Shown here: positions 60,259-64,000 of the stretch, one piece after another
Layout: each line of letters starts with the position of its first letter
Numbering within the stretch: the first letter of the stretch is position 1
The notes under the pieces: model-generated
Databases searched by the model: none
What the model saw: the letters and a program-made list of their open reading frames with translations, nothing else
Told to the model about the DNA's origin: nothing
Assembly (NCBI GenBank): GCA_958296235.1
Contig: OY282457.1
Location: forward strand, 1,985,684 to 2,049,683
Origin: an uncultured Candidatus Binatia bacterium
GTDB lineage: Bacteria; Desulfobacterota; Binatia; Bin18
Direction of reading: 5' to 3'
Length of the DNA stretch: 64,000 bases
Position numbers and translations under genes: made by a program

Positions 60259-61268
60259 CGCAACCCTCGTTCAATCACTCTGTCCCGCCGAATTTTCCGT
60301 CATCGCTTGGGTCGTCCCGGACTGTTTCACCCAGAACTATCCCGCCCATCCATATCATCCTGTTCGGGGCGACCCTCTTTACCACAACGCTCGCCGGAAC
60401 CTTTCAGGCTGGTGGAGACCCCCTCAGCGACCCGGCCGCTCTGGTGTTGGGGTTGCCCTTTGCCCTGACCTTACTGCTCATCCTCCTCAGCCATGAGATG
60501 GGACATTACATTTTGGCCCGCATTCATGGGGTCTGGGCCAGCCTGCCGTATTTCATTCCCGGCCCGCCCTTCTTTGTCGGGACTTTTGGCGCGTTCATTC
60601 GGATGAAGTCAGCTCCGGCCAATCGCTCGGCACTGTTTGATATTGGCGCGGCCGGACCCTGGGCCGGGGTCTGCTTCGCCATTCCCGCGGTGATTATTGG
60701 GCTGACACTCTCCGAGGTGCGGCCGCTCAACCCCCTTTCGGGTGGTATCATTCTCGGCGACTCCGTGCTGTTCTCTGCCCTGATAAGGCTCGTTCTTGGC
60801 GTCGCCCCTGACGAGGTCAGAGTCGTACTCCATCCCATTGCGCTGGCCGGCTGGTTTGGCCTGTTTATCACCTTTCTCAATCTGCTGCCGGTTGGGCAAC
60901 TCGATGGCGGCCACGTGGTGTACTCGCTCTTTGGGCCGGCGCACCGTTGGGTCGCCCGCGCCTTTCTGCTGGTTATTCTGGTGCTGGGTTTTCAGGGCTG
61001 GAATGGCTGGTTCGTGTGGGTCGTCCTGTTGGCCATCCTGGGCATCGACCACCCGCCGACAGACGATCAGGTCGTGCCCCTTGATCGCCGGCGGACCATC
61101 TACGGCTGGTGTACCGTCGGGCTCTTTGTCCTGACTTTTACCCCCGTGCCCATCACCATATCGATGGATTTTCCACTCCAGGAGGAGGTGACTCCAGTGG
61201 TCTATCAGCTCGAACACCAGCCCCTGTCTCCCCCCTTATCCCCCTGGACGGTGGTGTACCAGCCATGA
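60255..61268 (+). CDS. Site-2 protease (M50)
   Basis: [32 protein letters not shown]. Confidence 0.94.
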   Translation: MTQPSFNHSVPPNFPSSLGSSRTVSPRTIPPIHIILFGATLFTTTLAGTFQAGGDPLSDPAALVLGLPFALTLLLILLSHEMGHYILARIHGVWASLPYFIPGPPFFVGTFGAFIRMKSAPANRSALFDIGAAGPWAGVCFAIPAVIIGLTLSEVRPLNPLSGGIILGDSVLFSALIRLVLGVAPDEVRVVLHPIALAGWFGLFITFLNLLPVGQLDGGHVVYSLFGPAHRWVARAFLLVILVLGFQGWNGWFVWVVLLAILGIDHPPTDDQVVPLDRRRTIYGWCTVGLFVLTFTPVPITISMDFPLQEEVTPVVYQLEHQPLSPPLSPWTVVYQP

Positions 61269-61717
61269 CTGATCGTCTGTCCTGGCATCAATACTTCATC
61301 ACCATCACGCGCCAGGTGGCCGAGCGTTCGACCTGTCAACGCGCCAGGGTTGGCGCGGTCATTGTCCGCGAGCGCAATATTCTGACTACGGGCTATAACG
61401 GCGCGCCGGCCGGACAGCCCCACTGCACCGAGGTTGGCTGCCTGATTTACGAATCAAAGACGCCGACCGGGGAAATCGAAGAGCACTGCTACCGGACCAT
61501 CCATGCGGAAATCAATGCTATTGCCCAAGCGGCGAAGAACGGCACCAATATCAGTGGGGCGGATATTTATGTGACCCACACCCCGTGTATCCATTGTCTC
61601 AAAGTGTTGGTGAATACCGGCATCCGGCGTATCTTTTACGAGAAAGCGTATAAGCTTCACACCATACAGGAGTTGCTGGCGTCCTCTCAGGTCGAGTTGC
61701 AGCAAGTTGCACTGTAG
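61265..61717 (+). CDS. dCMP deaminase / ComEB family
   Basis: ERSTC.R..VGA, TGYNG, HAEINAI, PCIHC. Confidence 0.92.
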   Translation: MTDRLSWHQYFITITRQVAERSTCQRARVGAVIVRERNILTTGYNGAPAGQPHCTEVGCLIYESKTPTGEIEEHCYRTIHAEINAIAQAAKNGTNISGADIYVTHTPCIHCLKVLVNTGIRRIFYEKAYKLHTIQELLASSQVELQQVAL

Positions 61718-61779
61718 ACCGGCGAGGCGAATGAGTCCGCCCAGCTTTCGGCCTGGCAGGGACGCCGGGCCAACGTCCT

Positions 61780-61932
61780 CTATTCTTGCGTTTCGGCCGA
61801 TGGGGCTGCGGATGGCGCGGATAACCCGTCATACGCGCCAAATTGATAGGCGGCCGCCAACAGAAGAACGGACAGGACAAGCGCTGTAATCAAAATATCC
61901 AGGGCACTGAGCCCGGCATGGCTCTGCTTCAT
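61780..61932 (-). CDS. Small protein with a prepilin-like N-terminus
   Basis: GGAGGA RBS; MKQSHAG|LSALDILITALVLSVLLLAA. Confidence 0.45.
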   Translation of the reverse strand: MKQSHAGLSALDILITALVLSVLLLAAAYQFGAYDGLSAPSAAPSAETQE

Positions 61933-61951
61933 TGTTGTCCTCCAGGCGCGT

Positions 61952-62971
61952 CTAGGGGTAGACCGGGGCGTCTCCATCGGGACGACGCTTCCAGCGCTTG
62001 TGTATCCACAGCCAATGGTCTGGATAGCGCTCAACCATATCCTGAAAGATGGCTGTGAATTGCGCGGTTGTGGCGCGGATATCTTCTTTTTGGTTCCCAG
62101 TCCGGATCGGTTCGATCAACGGTAAGATTACGATCTTGTGTTGGCCCGAGCCGTTTTCCCGAACCAGAAAAGCCGGCACAACCGGCACCCCTGTTGTCAG
62201 AGCCAGGCCGGCCAGGCCGGCCGAGGTTGAGGCCAGCCGTGAGAAAAACGGCACAAATACGCCCATCCGTCCAGAGGCGTTTTGATCCACCGCGGCGACA
62301 ACCGCACTCTTTTTCTTAATCGCCCGGAAGACCTCAAGCCCGGCGGTCGTTTTCTTAATCACGGTGGTCCCGCACCGTTCGCGCTCTGTAGTCAACACCT
62401 TTTCAATAAAGACATTGCGCAGCCGACGGTGGATGATGTGCACGGGCAGACCGTAACACGCAGCCGCATGGGCGAAGAGTTCCCAGTTGCCAAAATGTCC
62501 GGTGAGAATCAGGGCGCCGGTCTGGCGCAGTTTGTCACCCAGATGACGCCATTCGGCTTCATTCTCAAACTGTACCCGCTCGTGAATATTCTCTGGCGTG
62601 AGGGAACGCAAATGGCAGAACTCCGCCAGCAAGCGGCCCAGATTCCGAAAACTTTCACGCAAGATACGCTGCCGTTCCGCGGTGTCCTTGGCCGGAAAGG
62701 CCAGGGCCAGGTTCGTCAGCCCCACCTTGCGATGCGGCCAGTCTATCCAGTAGAGCAGACTGCCGAGGCCTTCGCCGAGCCGAAACGCGACGCGAAACGG
62801 CAACACCCGAAAGAAGGTGAAGAGGGCCAGGAACAGCACATATTCGAGCCGAGCGAGAGCGTGCTTTTTCTCACGAGCCGGACGGATGATTTTTTTTCTG
62901 AGCCGGCGCTCCTGCTGAGGAATCGCCGGCTCAGTCCGGGCAGTCACAGCCGTATCGTGCGCTGCGCCCAT
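61952..62971 (-). CDS. lpxL: Lipid A late acyltransferase (LpxL/HtrB family)
   Basis: LTGHFGNWE, DQ, VPFF, P..WLWIHKRWK. Confidence 0.88.
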   Translation of the reverse strand: MGAAHDTAVTARTEPAIPQQERRLRKKIIRPAREKKHALARLEYVLFLALFTFFRVLPFRVAFRLGEGLGSLLYWIDWPHRKVGLTNLALAFPAKDTAERQRILRESFRNLGRLLAEFCHLRSLTPENIHERVQFENEAEWRHLGDKLRQTGALILTGHFGNWELFAHAAACYGLPVHIIHRRLRNVFIEKVLTTERERCGTTVIKKTTAGLEVFRAIKKKSAVVAAVDQNASGRMGVFVPFFSRLASTSAGLAGLALTTGVPVVPAFLVRENGSGQHKIVILPLIEPIRTGNQKEDIRATTAQFTAIFQDMVERYPDHWLWIHKRWKRRPDGDAPVYP

Positions 62972-62991
62972 GATCTCTGATGAAAGGACGG

Positions 62992-63579
62992 CTAGGCTTC
63001 CGGCGCATCGGAAAACGAAAAGCCAAACGCTTCCCGTTCCTTTGCCATCAAGTCGGCAACGACCTGCCGATCAATATCCCGGTAGCGTTGCAGGGTTTCC
63101 CGCATCTTGCCTTCCCCGGCGTTTGCTCTCGCCATCTCTTTCAGCTCGTTTTTGATCCAGCCGATATGCCATTTTTCGTCTTTGGTGACTTCGTGCAGGA
63201 TGGCGAGCGTCTCCGGGTCGACATCGGTCCGTTTGGCGTGTTCAAGATAGCGGCGCTGGGCGCGCTCTTCGACCACGACGGTAAGGGCGAAGAGATCAAT
63301 CAACGAGCGAGGAATGCCGACGGCTCTGCCAATGCGGGTCTGATAGCCATCATCGACATGAACCGGCTCATACCCCAGGTCGGCAATGCGTTTCGTCCAT
63401 AACCAGGCGTGACGGGTTTCGTCAGCCAGATGCCGAGAGAGTTTGACCTGAGCCTCAACATTTTCGACTCGCATGGTCAATTTCAAGAGTAGCGTCGCGC
63501 CCCGTAGCTCGGCGTCGCGGTAATAGCTGTATAAATGGATCATCCGTGCATCGATAGACATAAAGTGTTTACCTTCCAC
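62992..63579 (-). CDS. Ferritin-like di-iron protein
   Basis: E..G, DETRH, EE, DEKWH (two ExxH motifs); start may be ATG at 63561. Confidence 0.85.
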   Translation of the reverse strand: MEGKHFMSIDARMIHLYSYYRDAELRGATLLLKLTMRVENVEAQVKLSRHLADETRHAWLWTKRIADLGYEPVHVDDGYQTRIGRAVGIPRSLIDLFALTVVVEERAQRRYLEHAKRTDVDPETLAILHEVTKDEKWHIGWIKNELKEMARANAGEGKMRETLQRYRDIDRQVVADLMAKEREAFGFSFSDAPEA

Positions 63580-63736
63580 CCGATTCCACCCGAAAAGCCC
63601 TGTCCTCTTCTCGGCAAGAAAGGACGTCTCCCCCCGCCGGCTTCCCCCGGTATAGAGTAATGGTCACAGAAAAGCAAGAACCTCGGTAGCGCGCTAAGCA
63701 TCGACAAATACTCTATTTTTTTATACCGTGGCAGCC

Positions 63737-64000
63737 ATGCAGCCGGCTTTCCGCTCTACACTGGATTCCTGCCCTTCGTCGTGGTTCAGAGCAGGCTTGT
63801 GGCTGGACATTATGCTCTGGAGCGGAGCGCTGTGTCTCTTGTTGCACGGCCTGAGCGGATGTTGGGGCGGTGAAGACACCCGCCTGGTAGCCCGGCCGAC
63901 CGGGCCATATCACCTGACCTTGGACTTGGGGCCAACACTCCCGCAGGCCGGCCAGGACACAACCCTGACCTTTCACCTGACCCATACCAGAACGCAACAA
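63737..64000 (+). CDS. Putative lipoprotein, N-terminal part (runs off the window)
   Basis: Manual translation ...MLWSGALCLLLHGLSGC|WGGEDTRLVARPTGPYHLTLDLGPTLPQAGQDTTLTFHL; lipobox LSGC; start at 63737 or 63812. Confidence 0.6.
   Translation, partial: MQPAFRSTLDSCPSSWFRAGLWLDIMLWSGALCLLLHGLSGCWGGEDTRLVARPTGPYHLTLDLGPTLPQAGQDTTLTFHLTHTRTQQ

Noticed and set aside
63713-64000. Minus-strand 95-aa ORF in the track
   Set aside because: The plus strand gives a more convincing lipoprotein N-terminus over the same bases.

Overview
A GC-rich bacterial chromosome segment (about 60% GC by eye). lpxL and the beta-barrel OMPs indicate a Gram-negative organism. The gene mix (many luciferase-like and SDR oxidoreductases, DUF1329, an MMPL transporter, a stand-alone reductive dehalogenase, paralogous OMPs) resembles uncultured deltaproteobacteria-like/Binatia organisms such as sponge symbionts; this is inference only. 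Housekeeping genes (moeA, trpB2, ilvD, recN, gpmA, engB, lpxL) are interspersed with accessory content. That content includes an arsM/arsS-type pair, an rdhA-like gene, two toxin-antitoxin pairs, and a type I-G (I-U) CRISPR-Cas locus (cas3, cas8, cas7, a long csb2, and a 10-repeat array) with no cas1/cas2/cas4. The window also holds several palindromic repeat families, a MITE-like element and many gene remnants. The most unusual structural signal is repeated integrase-free cargo sitting behind the 3' ends of host genes and flanked by duplicated gene tails. One case is a 133-bp trpB2 tail repeat around an ADP-ribosylglycohydrolase plus putative macrodomain-like module. Another is three copies of a GST gene tail around O-antigen-ligase-like cargo. 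All calls come from motif reading and recall; no database searches were run.
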